Below are positions 12,101-21,770 of a stretch of 41,700 nucleotides of DNA, in pieces. The DNA is from Catajapyx aquilonaris (taxonomy: Eukaryota). Every line of letters starts with the position of its first letter. Position 1 is the first letter of the stretch. The DNA lies in the NCBI GenBank assembly GCA_000934665.2, contig KZ538895.1, positions 1 to 41,700 of the forward strand. Reading direction: 5' to 3'. The translations under genes were made by a program, and so were the position numbers. The notes under the pieces were generated by a model, which ran no database searches, was not told where the DNA came from, and saw nothing but the letters and a program-made list of their open reading frames with translations.

Positions 12101-15100
12101 ATGAATCTCCTCAAAGTGGTTGGCCACCTGAGCCAACTCGGCAGCATGGGGGGAAAGCAATGGGCTGTGCTCCTCCTTGTTCACTAAGATGGGCTTCATC
12201 CCACCACTTCCCTTGTCCCCAACCCCTCTCTTCTTCTTCCTCCTCTCCTCCTGTGATCCAGGAGAGTAAGGATATGCTCGTGCCAAAATATGTACACTGT
12301 TCATACAGCCCACAAATAGTAGTGATGTCACAGGCATCTGATAGTTTTGTTATTTATTTATTTATTTTATTTGATTACCCCGGCCTGGAGCAGGGCTCCT
12401 ATGGGGGGACTGATAGTTTTGTTGTTGACATGGTTGCTATTGTAATGCCACTACTATTCTTTGGCTGCACGTGCAGTAGGTGGTACAGCACATGCACTCA
12501 AGCGTCTACAGTTAGTTTGTTGCAAGCAAAGCATCAGTCTCAGTTATCAAGTGCAGGAAACCCTGAAACTCCACCCTGCAGCTTTTTATGCTTCACCTTG
12601 CCAATGTGCAGCCCCATTTCCAAAAGTTCCTTCACCAGTCACTCCAATCCACTCTCTAGTAATTTAGCTCAGGGAAAGGAAACATGTGTCACAGTGCAAG
12701 GTTCAAAAGACAACTCTGTTCTAAACTTCTGAAAGCAGCTCACTTGTTGTTAGCGGCAAGGCAACCGTAACCACAACAAACACAGTGCCCCAGTGCTGTA
12801 ACTCAGGCTGACCAGGTGTCAAAAATCGTAGCATGCACATGCCAAGTAACATGAAACAGTTACAATGCCTTACTATAAAATGTCAATATTTTACGTAATA
12901 GGGGAATTTACAGCAGGCGCAGCTGGCTTTTTTCGTGAAATTTACTAGAATGAGTACTACTAAGGAACCTAGTCTTGACTCTGACAAGTATGGCAAATGA
13001 AGTTGAAGGGGGGAAAAAACACAGAAAACAGAAATTGTGATAATTTCCCTTCACCTGTCCCACAGCAGAAGCACGGAGTAGTAAGAGTAGTAAGTTACTA
13101 CTCCGTGGCAGAAGGGTTCAAAAGCAACACTTGAGCCATGTTCCAGAGCCCTTTGTTTTGGTGTATCTGTGTGGCAGTCTTATGACTGCACCAGTACTGT
13201 CTGTCTTGTGGCCCTGCTGGGTGTGGTGTCGCATGCCCGATTATTTTAGTTAGATGAGAGTAGTGAGTTGGGTGTTTATTGTGGATTTCTATCTGCACCA
13301 GTACTTTCCGTCTTGACAGTACCATCCAAATGAAATGCAACACAAATTCTTTGAGATGAATGCATGCATTCCTACTGGTTAGTCTACTCAATAAACCTCA
13401 GAATGGTAAAGACACAAATTGTTCCTTTACCAAAACAAAATTCGTAAGAATTTTCTGACTTCTTCAAGTAACGGAGACAACAATGATGGATGAAAGTGAA
13501 GGACAGCAGTTCAACAAAAAGATCCTTTTAAAAAACCATTAAAAAATATTTTTTTTACCTAGCCAGTTTTGGTTGTAAAGGTAGGGGTATCTGTATATCC
13601 ATATTAGGAGGTGTGTTTGTAAAATTTGCAAAATAGGGTCGTCAGCATGTTCTTAATGGTCTTGGGAAGAACAGGCAAATAGAAACAAAAATACTGAAAG
13701 AAAAAAGGAAAAATAGGCCGAAGAAGAAAATGGGGGGGGGATAATCAACTCCAATCTACATAAGCACTGTAGGTTACATGATGGAACGTTTCGATTATTG
13801 AAATTTAAAAAAAAAAAACGGGACTGGCGTAGAAGGGTCATACTGGTCGTCAGATCAAGGAAAGGTCTGAGGTGGCCAGTCGTGCCTCGGTTAGCGGAGT
13901 TGACGCACATAATATTTCCGATAGGATGTGTAAAAAATGAATGTGGATAGATTTGGCCCATGAAAATACTGCATGACCACTGTTTTTACTATTTTTTAAA
14001 AAATCTTTGAAAAATCTTTCCCCTCCCCCTTATTCCCTATGTTTGCCCTGAATAAATGTGCCTATGCCAGGTGGAACACTTTATATTTAAAGTGGGGAAT
14101 GTTGCATGTCGGGTTTCATTTGTGTCTGGCAAGTCTATTTACAAATCTGACAAAATCCAGTGCATTTTTTTTTTTACTGGCATGACTATATGATACAATC
14201 TCACATCAGGTGGCCATAGTGCCTAGGGTAGCATAGATGCTTTGAATTGAAGGACAAGTATGAAAAATGGCGTGAGGCATCGATATGAGAACCATGGGAA
14301 CTTGTAAAATATTGTTGAAGGGATATTGTGTGTATATTGATATGTTTATATTGTTAAGTCGTTTAATGTTGAGGAGAGTAGGGAGAAGAATCGGGAATAT
14401 GCTTATTGTGGGAGTTAGGCTTATTTCCAGAAGCTGAAACATGCGAAAAGGGTTACCCGCGATATGCTAGTTTAAGGCGGTGTAGGGGACTTCCTCTGGA
14501 TTACTACAGCAAACAAACTCCCAAACATCCTCATTTATAGATAGCCTATGTAGATGTAGATTCATTAGTGTGATCACAATCCTTTGAGTGGTATCTATGC
14601 AGATGTTCTGGATTATAAAATAAACTCTTGATTCTGTGAACACTTGTTCACATAATGTTGAGCACGTCCAGGTTGGAAGGTGAAATGCAGCAAATATATA
14701 AATATATATACACGGTATGAATAAAGAATGGGGAGGGTTTTCACATTTGTCAGCTGCAGCAAGGGTACCAGGAATCACAACAATTTGGACATCTAATTTG
14801 GAAAGTGTGCAGGATGGAGTTCAATATCACAAGGTGACAGTATCCAATCATGCAAAATGTGTATGACACTTAATATTAAAACAAGGCTATGGCAATGCAA
14901 ATGTAACTCACTGCGGGAGGAGTATCATCCATGATTTCAGCTTCAGGCTCAAACTCCACATGAGGTTTCTCATCTGAGGAGGATCCACCACCACCTGACG
15001 ACGATGGTGAGGAAGAGGAAGATGGCCCCGAAGTACCTTTGGAAGCTTTGGACTTCTCAATAGGCTTTGCCTTCTTCTCTTTTACCTTCTTCTGCTGGTG

Positions 15101-15331
15101 CTGCTTTTTTTCTCTTCCCCCTCCACCACCACCCCCTGATCCCCCTCCTCCTCTCTCACTTCCCTTCTCACTCTTTCCTCCCAGAAGAAGCTGGTTGTCA
15201 GCCCTCTTGCGCTGCTCTGCAATGGCCTCCTCATATGTCTTCTCCCGCACCCCAAAGAAAGAGATGAGGAATACCACTCCAGCTATGGCCACCATGGCCA
15301 CTCCAAACACAGCTACAGTTGCCACATCCAT
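178..15331 (-). CDS. Kinectin / ribosome-binding protein 1 (p180)-like ER membrane coiled-coil protein, 3'-incomplete
   Basis: Phase-consistent GT-AG exons (minus): 14912-15331 (ATG at 15331; MDVATVAVFG.. single N-terminal TM, then REKTYEEAIAEQRK and a Lys-rich tract), 12017-12250 (KPILVNKEE..NHFEEIHP), 11003-11672 (xxPEKK repeat), 10002-10561 (LSDLEIQTLIDTLLNK), 9186-9773, 8307-8402 (ELREKNWKAVEALSAAEK), 7848-7940 (..EFLLRLFPSV), 5559-5933, 1186-1350, 895-1035, 178-306. About 1157 codons; the last exon lies left of the window. TM + YEEA + LREKNWKA + LxRLFP is the RRBP1/KTN1 family signature. The small terminal exons and the 12017 donor are less certain. Confidence 0.88.
4295..5093 (+). mobile_element. 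Tigger/pogo-type internally deleted DNA transposon (799 bp)
   Basis: TA|cagtgaaacctgt ... acaggtttcactg|TA. Repeated subterminal ta(a/t)gttggacac motifs at both ends. The interior (about 4580-4750) translates to an acidic DNILTTEDE..PPSHQDALSAV segment resembling Tigger transposase C-termini. Confidence 0.8.
11127..11375 (-). repeat. Coding 18-bp tandem repeat, ~14 units encoding (T/A)(P/T)PEKK
   Basis: The plus-strand unit cttcttctctggtggtgt/gc repeats through the interval. 249 bp = 14x18-3, so the frame is kept within the 11003-11672 exon. Confidence 0.95.
12338..12423 (-). mobile_element. Severely 5'-truncated non-LTR retroelement 3' end (58 bp) with 14-bp target-site duplication
   Basis: Direct repeat ctgatagttttgtt at 12338-12351 and 12410-12423. 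The insert on minus is tccccccataggagccctgctccaggccggggtaatc plus an (AAAT)n-like tail. Confidence 0.75.
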
Positions 15332-15864
15332 CTTCACTTAGGCTATTCTTCCTTTGTCTGCCAGGAAGCAATCACCTCCTAGTTAATTAAGGAGAGATAG
15401 AATTCATTCATTACATCAGAAATGGGGTAGCCATGTAACGTGAATATTACATGCTTTGCAGTGATGACAATAGACGAGTTAATTATTAATTCATAAACTC
15501 AACCCACAAAATTACTGACTTCTGAGTAACACTAAGTAATGCCATGATTATTTCAAATCCAGGTTCACACACCAAATTTCAGTTCCTGCAGGACCTTACT
15601 TTTCTAGTTCTCCCCAGGAGTTAATCACCAGCACATAATTTAACTCAATAATGACTTCACTAGGTCTTCAGTCTGATATTCTGCAGGTCTGGCCGAAGAA
15701 TTAAGCAAAGCAATTTGGAGTCATGGTTGGGCTATATTTAATCATACAAGTATCGTCATATAAATGTGGGAAGTTCTTGTCTATTACTCCCACACAAGAA
15801 TAGCTGATTCTAGAAATTGGGTCACATGCATGTAATAAATTTAGAGGAGTGTACCATACTGTTA

Positions 15865-16171
15865 AGGCCATTTCACAAAAATATTTTGCGGCAGCGTCAA
15901 TCGGCAAATGCGTCGCAGTGCAGTTCACATAAAATGTTTGTCGCGCGACAAATATCCCGCACTGCAAGAACAGGCCAGCCAGAATTTGTCGCGCGATGCA
16001 TAAGACGCAGCCAATAGGGAGTCGTGGTTGTCGGTCACGTGACTGCGTGTCTTTTGTTTCCCAGACTTGTTGCTAGTCGTCAGTCGTGTTGCAGCTCTTT
16101 TTGTGTTTGTACACGCGGCAAACCAAGGCGATGCGCCGTTTGCCGCGCGATTTTTTTTTGTGAAATGGCCT
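15865..16171. mobile_element. PIF/Harbinger (Tourist-like) MITE, 307 bp
   Basis: 17-bp perfect TIR aggccatttcacaaaaa; TTA duplicated at 15862-15864 and 16172-16174; CpG-rich interior with repeated tgtcgcgcga. Confidence 0.85.
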
Positions 16172-16467
16172 TTACAGTAAAGCCTATCTAAAGCAGACCA
16201 CGGATCTAGTGGAAACATGTACTGCAGAAAGATTTTGCTTTCCAGGAGGAAAAAGAGGATTTCCTTCACATTTTTGTTTAATAGAGAGGAACCTGTCACA
16301 CACAAAAACAGACAGCATCTTTAGGTCTTCATGAAGGAAAGTCCTCTGTACAATAGTATTAATACTTCATTAAAGTCAGGTTTACAAGGTTGCCAAACAA
16401 GAAGAGGAGAGAAAAATGGACATGAGCAGCATGTAGGCAAGAAAAATCTCCCTCCCAAGAGAAAATG

Positions 16468-16528
16468 TGGTACTATCAGTCCACCAAGAATTATCGCAGC
16501 GGCAATTCTTGGTGGACTGATACTACCA
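16468..16528. repeat. 61-bp near-perfect hairpin
   Basis: 25-bp arms 16468-16492 and 16504-16528 with one mismatch, and an 11-nt loop. Confidence 0.85.
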
Positions 16529-17239
16529 GGTCCATTTAGCATTTGAAAAGGTATGAGTTCTGGGGCACTAATTCAGAGACATGTTAATGAGCTTAATTTT
16601 TTTTTCTCCTGTCCAGTACTGTCCAATAGAGAGAAAACTTATCTATTGCAGATCATTTTCATGGAAATAATGATTCCATTACATACAGTTTTGCGCATAT
16701 TACGTATTCAAAAAATGAGTATCTTTGAGCAATATTGTACAGTGTTCTACCAAAGGTTGTGTATAACAAGAATGTTCTGTTAAAAAATTTAATCTTCCAT
16801 GCTAATAACTTCTAATCTATCAAGTTTTTTACATTATCAACCAGAAAATGAAAATTGCATACGGTAATCCTTCTGGCAGTCAAAGCATTTTGTTGTTGTT
16901 TTTATCAAAGAATTATATCTTTATGCCTCATTCCATTATTCTGTTGCTGCATGTAAATTGTAAACAATGCCTCTGCAAGTCACAACAAAATTCTTCATCC
17001 ATAATGTGCATGAAAGAATGCCAGAAGCAGATCTCTCACTCAGCTGTTATCCTCATTTACTACACATGCTAGAGAGCAAGTAAATCTCAACTGTTAAATG
17101 ACCTTTCATCACAAATACTGGAACTTGATCTGTTACAAGCTTGAAACAAAACAAGATATGATAAGTGGTAATGATGGATTGCTGCCACTGGATTATCTGT
17201 CTGTTGCTTATCCCACTTGATCTGCCTGAGTAATTGATG

Positions 17240-17833
17240 TGAGGGCTGTACTAAAATGATCAACAATTTCTTTTTTTTGCCACAAAGACAGTGCCTGTAC
17301 AGGTCAGTAGATAGTCACACATTATAGATCGAATCCTCCTGGAGTCGAATGCACTACCACCACAGGTGTGTCAACCTCTCCCGGCCCTCCAGGAACCACT
17401 TTTTGGAGGTGCGACACCCCCACAACCTGACAACTGTGCACAATCAACAGCGTAAACAACTGTCAACAGTGTCCTCGAAATGGTGTTGGCGAATGTTTTT
17501 TTTTTCATGGATCTGGGTTTGGGTGCTTCCACACCCGCTGCACTCACCTGGCTTGGCCCCAGTGACATTCACCTGTTCAGATCCATGAAAAACACTCCTT
17601 CGCTGATGCAATTTCGAGGACATTGTTGACTGTAAGCAGTTGTCCAGAAGGGGGTGCGCTGAACCTCCAAAAAATAGTTTCTGGAGGGGTTGGAAAGGTT
17701 GCCACACCCATGACTCCTGTTTATTCAGCTCCAGGAGGATTCTCTCGATAATGTGTGACTATCTGCCAACCCGTACGGGCATTGTATTTGTGCCAAAATA
17801 AATAAATTGTAAATCATTTTAGTACCGCCCTCG
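17240..17833 (+). mobile_element. Mariner-derived MITE with ~110-bp inverted arms and a transposase remnant
   Basis: Arms (t/c)gagggc(t/g)gtactaaaatgat..gatagtcacacattat..gaatcctcctggag at both ends, with TA on the right flank. The interior (about 17523-17590) encodes VLPHPLHSPGLAP, a decayed HPPYSPDLAP motif. Confidence 0.85.
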
Positions 17834-19252
17834 TATTTTTTCTTACTCACCTCTTGTCATACAAAAGAAGTTTATGCTTTATAAATACTGTTGCTAAAAT
17901 TATACTCCCTTGCACTTTAGATAAAGCTTTCAGCTAAGCAGTTTCACACTTGTGTGTCGCACCTATTATGCTCAGCCACAACGGGATGGAATAAATTACA
18001 AAAGCTGACGTCATTCATCAGTCACTGCACTATTGTGCATCCCTTTCTAGGAAATATCTCTGGACAATAGAGTACATTCAGTGCAGATAGTAGAAACAGC
18101 AATGAAATCATGTGCCTGCTCCAATATACCAAATGCTACAGGACTCTTTTAATACATAATGCAGTAGTGGAATTCTGACATTTCTATAAGCCATCTCTTC
18201 TTTTCTGAATATTTTCTACGTGATTATCATGGGAATTGAAAAATGTGGTACGAAATCTTTTGACTGATAAGAATTTAGCTCACAGGCATCTTCACAATTT
18301 GGGCAACTGCTTCACATCTAAACCTTGGGATGCAAATGGTATAATTTAACATTACTATTCCTGAAGTCAAGTTACACATTCCCTGGTGTGGTTGCCTGAG
18401 GCAGAGAGTGGCAAGCACATTTGATGTGTGCTTATTTTTAGAGTGCTTTGGTGATTGGCCATACAGTCCAAAGAATAAGAAAAAAAGGCAACCGGCTATT
18501 GTGAATGGAGTTTCCATGTCATGCTGACTCCTCTCATGAATACTAGGAAAGATAAATTGATTGGAAATGCCTGTGTGGCATTAACATGAAGAGTGTGCAA
18601 GGAAAAACTCCACATCTGGTTTCCACGGAATGATGAAAGATTGCGAAATATGGGTCTGCCAGGTTGCGCAGTGGCCGTCAACAATGCACATGACAGGTAC
18701 CTGCAGCAGAAAAGTCTGGCCAACATGTATCAGTTGGCAGGGCAAGCAGCAGTGCTTAGATTGTTCCCACCCTTTTAAAAAACTGGTTCCCACAGTGTGC
18801 TCTGACCCTGACCTTGTGGGATGCCTTCAATTGATCCCTTGAACCCAGTGGCAGCAGACCTCCCTCTCTCCACACTCAGACACATCACCCATACTTTTTA
18901 TACATTACACATGTGCAGCCAGGGCAGGAGAAGTGGGGGGTGGATAACCAGAGTGGGGGAGTATGTGGTGATGATGTGGACATCTTGAGTGGTGGTGGTT
19001 GGTGGGAGGGAGGGTGGTGGAGTGTGTGAGTTGGGTTGAGTGAGGGGGAGGGGTAGAGAGAGTTGTTGGAAGGAAGGAAGGGAGGGAAAAGAGGGGGGAT
19101 GCAGAGGTCTTTGCTCTTCCTGTGCGATGGGGACGGACCGGGGAATAATAAGGCGACGGGGGGTGCGAAAAAGAATGGTCACGGGAGGGGAGGTTCTGGG
19201 AGAGAGAGAGAGAGAGAGGCTGGGCTGGCTGCATCCTATTAATTAAACATAC

Positions 19253-19900
19253 ATCTCAAACAGCGAGTCCCTCCGGTCTTATTCCGTCCCGCATTCCTTG
19301 ACCTTCCCGGCCGGGTGGCAGGGAAACGGGCGGGTGACGTGTGATCAAACTCACCGGTATGCCTGTTTGCAGTTCCGTTATCCAGGAGTGACGTCCGTCC
19401 GAGCGTGGTTCCCGGCACGGAATCGAATTCGCTGCGACGTGTCAGTTCCCCTCCTGCGGCAATCCAGTCCCGGCTTACTGAAGGACGTGCCTCCCGTACG
19501 TGGTTCCTCTCCTGCTGGCTGCTTGTTATCGGCTTTGCCTTGCTGGTGCTGCTGGGGAGGACGGGGCAGTCGGCGCGGGGGAATGGGGCGGGAGGGAGGG
19601 AGGGAAGGAAGGCGAGAGAGTGTAGAGGACGGGCAGAGTGCTCGACGCTGACTGGCCGACTGCCCGAATGCCGAATGGCCGAAGGAGGAGCCACGCGATT
19701 GGTGGGCGATGGAAGGCAGGCAGGCAGGCAGGCAACGGAAGGGAAGGGAGAGGGGAGGGGGAAGTGGNNNNNNNNNNNNNNNNNNNNNNGGAAGCACAGG
19801 GATGCAGTGAAAGGGGGAGGGTGCCTACTCCCCGTTCTGACACCGTCAACAAGGTTACAGTACGGCACAGTACGGTTCTGGCAAATGGTACTGGGGAATG
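19253..19900 (-). promoter_or_regulatory. CpG-island promoter and probable non-coding first exon of the RRBP1/kinectin-like gene
   Basis: Sharp CpG/GC enrichment against a CpG-poor gene body. Minus-strand donor GAGAT|gtatgt at 19252, and acceptor ..ccttaattaactAG at 15379-15380, 47 nt upstream of the ATG. Confidence 0.6.
19768..19789. other. Assembly gap (22 N)
   Basis: Run of N inside a G-rich tract. Confidence 0.99.
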
Positions 19901-20456
19901 GGTGAGAATTTCTGAAGCAAGTCAATATAAATGAAATTTACAAGTATTTCAGAATCCTTGATTATATTAGTTTAAACTTGCTAAATTTATGATACAGTTG
20001 ATATTAGGACATTAGGAGGAGCATGCGATGTTAGGTGATCTGTGGGCTGTGGCCATGACACCCAACTTGGCCCTTCCTAATTTGTTTCTTGCTCATATTG
20101 TCGTAAAGTGTGTTTGCAACACACCTAGAATACTGAACGCTTTGAATGGAATGCTACAAATAACATCAGGCACTTTAAAATAGAACAGTCACCTTGACAT
20201 GCACAATGCAATGTATTAATCCTTTAAATGTTATCATCTGTCATGCTACTGGGCCACTACATCTGTGGGTTGCATCATAAAGTGTTCACCCTATCCATAG
20301 TGAAAGTCGGTGGAAGTCAAGAATACAAAATATGTACCAGTTTTATAAAGATTGAATACACAAGGCTGCAAACAATGTGCTGAGCATTATCAGCCATTGA
20401 TTGATCCATCACTGTGTGCATAAGAGATATACATAACGCAATGGTCCAAAAATTCA

Positions 20457-21060
20457 TTAAAAATCTGGATCAGTCTCCTTCCTTGGATCATTGGGTAGGA
20501 CGGAGATGGAATCCTCTGCACTCCCACAAAGCAGGCAACTCATGCTGTACTCCTGGTATGCACCCTCTTCATCCACCCAAAACTGATATTCATGCTCTGC
20601 CACCAGGTGTCCACAACTCCTGCACACATCTATCACAAAAATTGTGTAAATTAGAATAAATGAAGAACAAGTGGTTGGGTATTGATACTTGCGTTTGTAA
20701 GTGATGGTCTCCTTCCCCTCCTGATCTTCAATGCGAACAGTCCCAGTTGATTCAATCTGATCCTTTCCATTGCAACCTATGCAGCAGCGGAGGTTTGCAA
20801 GATAAGATCCACTCTCCAAACACATCCGGCCCTGCATGTTTCAAAACAGTGTTGAAATTAAATTACTCAATACAAACCACCACACATTGCCATAAGTCAG
20901 AGGTCATCAACTGGGTCACATATCTGGGAGTCTACGGCAGGCAAGGAGGCACCTCCATCCATTCAATATGTATGTATGTACTGTACTGTACATATGTAAA
21001 CACCATATCATTCTCACTCACACGATCCGGATACTCCTGCTTCACGCAGCCTCCACACAT
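20457..21060 (-). CDS. CHURC1: Protein Churchill (zinc-binding protein), 116 aa
   Basis: Exons 21022-21060 (MCGGCVKQEYPDR), 20693-20831 (GRMCLESGSYLANLRCCIGC..ETITYK) and 20457-20629 (HVCRSCGHLVAEHEYQF..QEYSMSCLLCGSAEDSISVLPNDPR..TAA). The Cys/His pattern and length match the Churchill family. Intron 2 is GC-AG (20630-20692). Confidence 0.93.
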
Positions 21061-21163
21061 CCTGTGTAAGTCAGTTGCTATGTAGCCTGATCCTAAACGA
21101 AGAGGTAATGCCGGTAATGCTGATGACTAGTACAGTAGTACTTGCGTGCAAACCCCATGCAGC

Positions 21164-21188
21164 GCGCCATATTGGATGTGACGTCACA
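21164..21188 (-). promoter_or_regulatory. Churchill proximal promoter: CRE palindrome plus CCAAT/YY1-like ATGGCG motif
   Basis: tgtgacgtcaca (perfect palindrome with TGACGTCA core) at 21177-21188. Minus-strand ccaatatggcgc at 21164-21175, about 105-130 nt upstream of the ATG. Confidence 0.5.
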
Positions 21189-21191
21189 CAT

Positions 21192-21610
21192 CAGGGGTGG
21201 CCAGATGATATACATATTTTTTTTTAAAGTGCCGACACAGCGCAGCGGTGCGACAAAGGCATATCCGCTAACTCGTCGTTCGGTCGACGCGCAGTGTGGG
21301 ATCTTAGTGTGGGATCACCATAAAACAAATGTCGACAAAGGCCCAATTTTAAAAAAAACTACTTTAGCCTGAATCATGGCCTGAATACCACAGTGCTGAA
21401 TACATAAGCTACCGGTATATGAAATGGGAGCATCTAATGCCACGCATTGTTTTGCATAAAGGTCCACTCATAATTGTGTGGAGTAATGTAGAACCGACTA
21501 AAATAGCGATTGCGTGAAATTATTCGTTTCCCAAATTGGCATTGCTAATTGCAAAGTTTTGGAAAATGAGCAATAAACTTATATTTGATTTTTTAAATGG
21601 TCCACCCCTG
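21192..21610. mobile_element. Putative hAT-type MITE
   Basis: Terminal inverted repeats caggggtggcca.. (21192) and ..tggtccacccctg (21610), with a CpG-rich interior. No convincing 8-bp TSD. Confidence 0.5.
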
Positions 21611-21764
21611 ATATAAAGGGGAGCAATAAACCCTTGTGAGCTGATCATAACAGTTTCTTTTAAAACTGGATGGCTGTTCTGAATCTATATTGCTGAAACT
21701 ATGGCCAAGTGGAATCAGAACAAAATCATGACACTGAACTTGGTGGGGAAAAAACTTTTCATCC

Positions 21765-21770
21765 TTTATT
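21765..21770 (-). terminator. Probable distal polyadenylation signal (AATAAA) of the PAP gene
   Basis: Minus-strand AATAAA with upstream TGTA elements (about 21817-21826) and a downstream U/GU-rich tract, located just before the Churchill promoter. Confidence 0.55.

Noticed and set aside
11917..12732. 271-aa plus-strand ORF
   Set aside because: Antisense to an exon, runs through a retro-insertion, and shows no domain features.
14200..14490. Strand-skewed segment, possible LINE fragment
   Set aside because: No RT or endonuclease motif and no TSD recognised.
18900..19235. G/purine-rich tract with (AG)n, G-quadruplex potential
   Set aside because: Common downstream of CpG-island promoters; nothing specific to support function.
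19239..19934. Several long overlapping ORFs
   Set aside because: GC-rich promoter spanning an N gap, with no recognisable protein.
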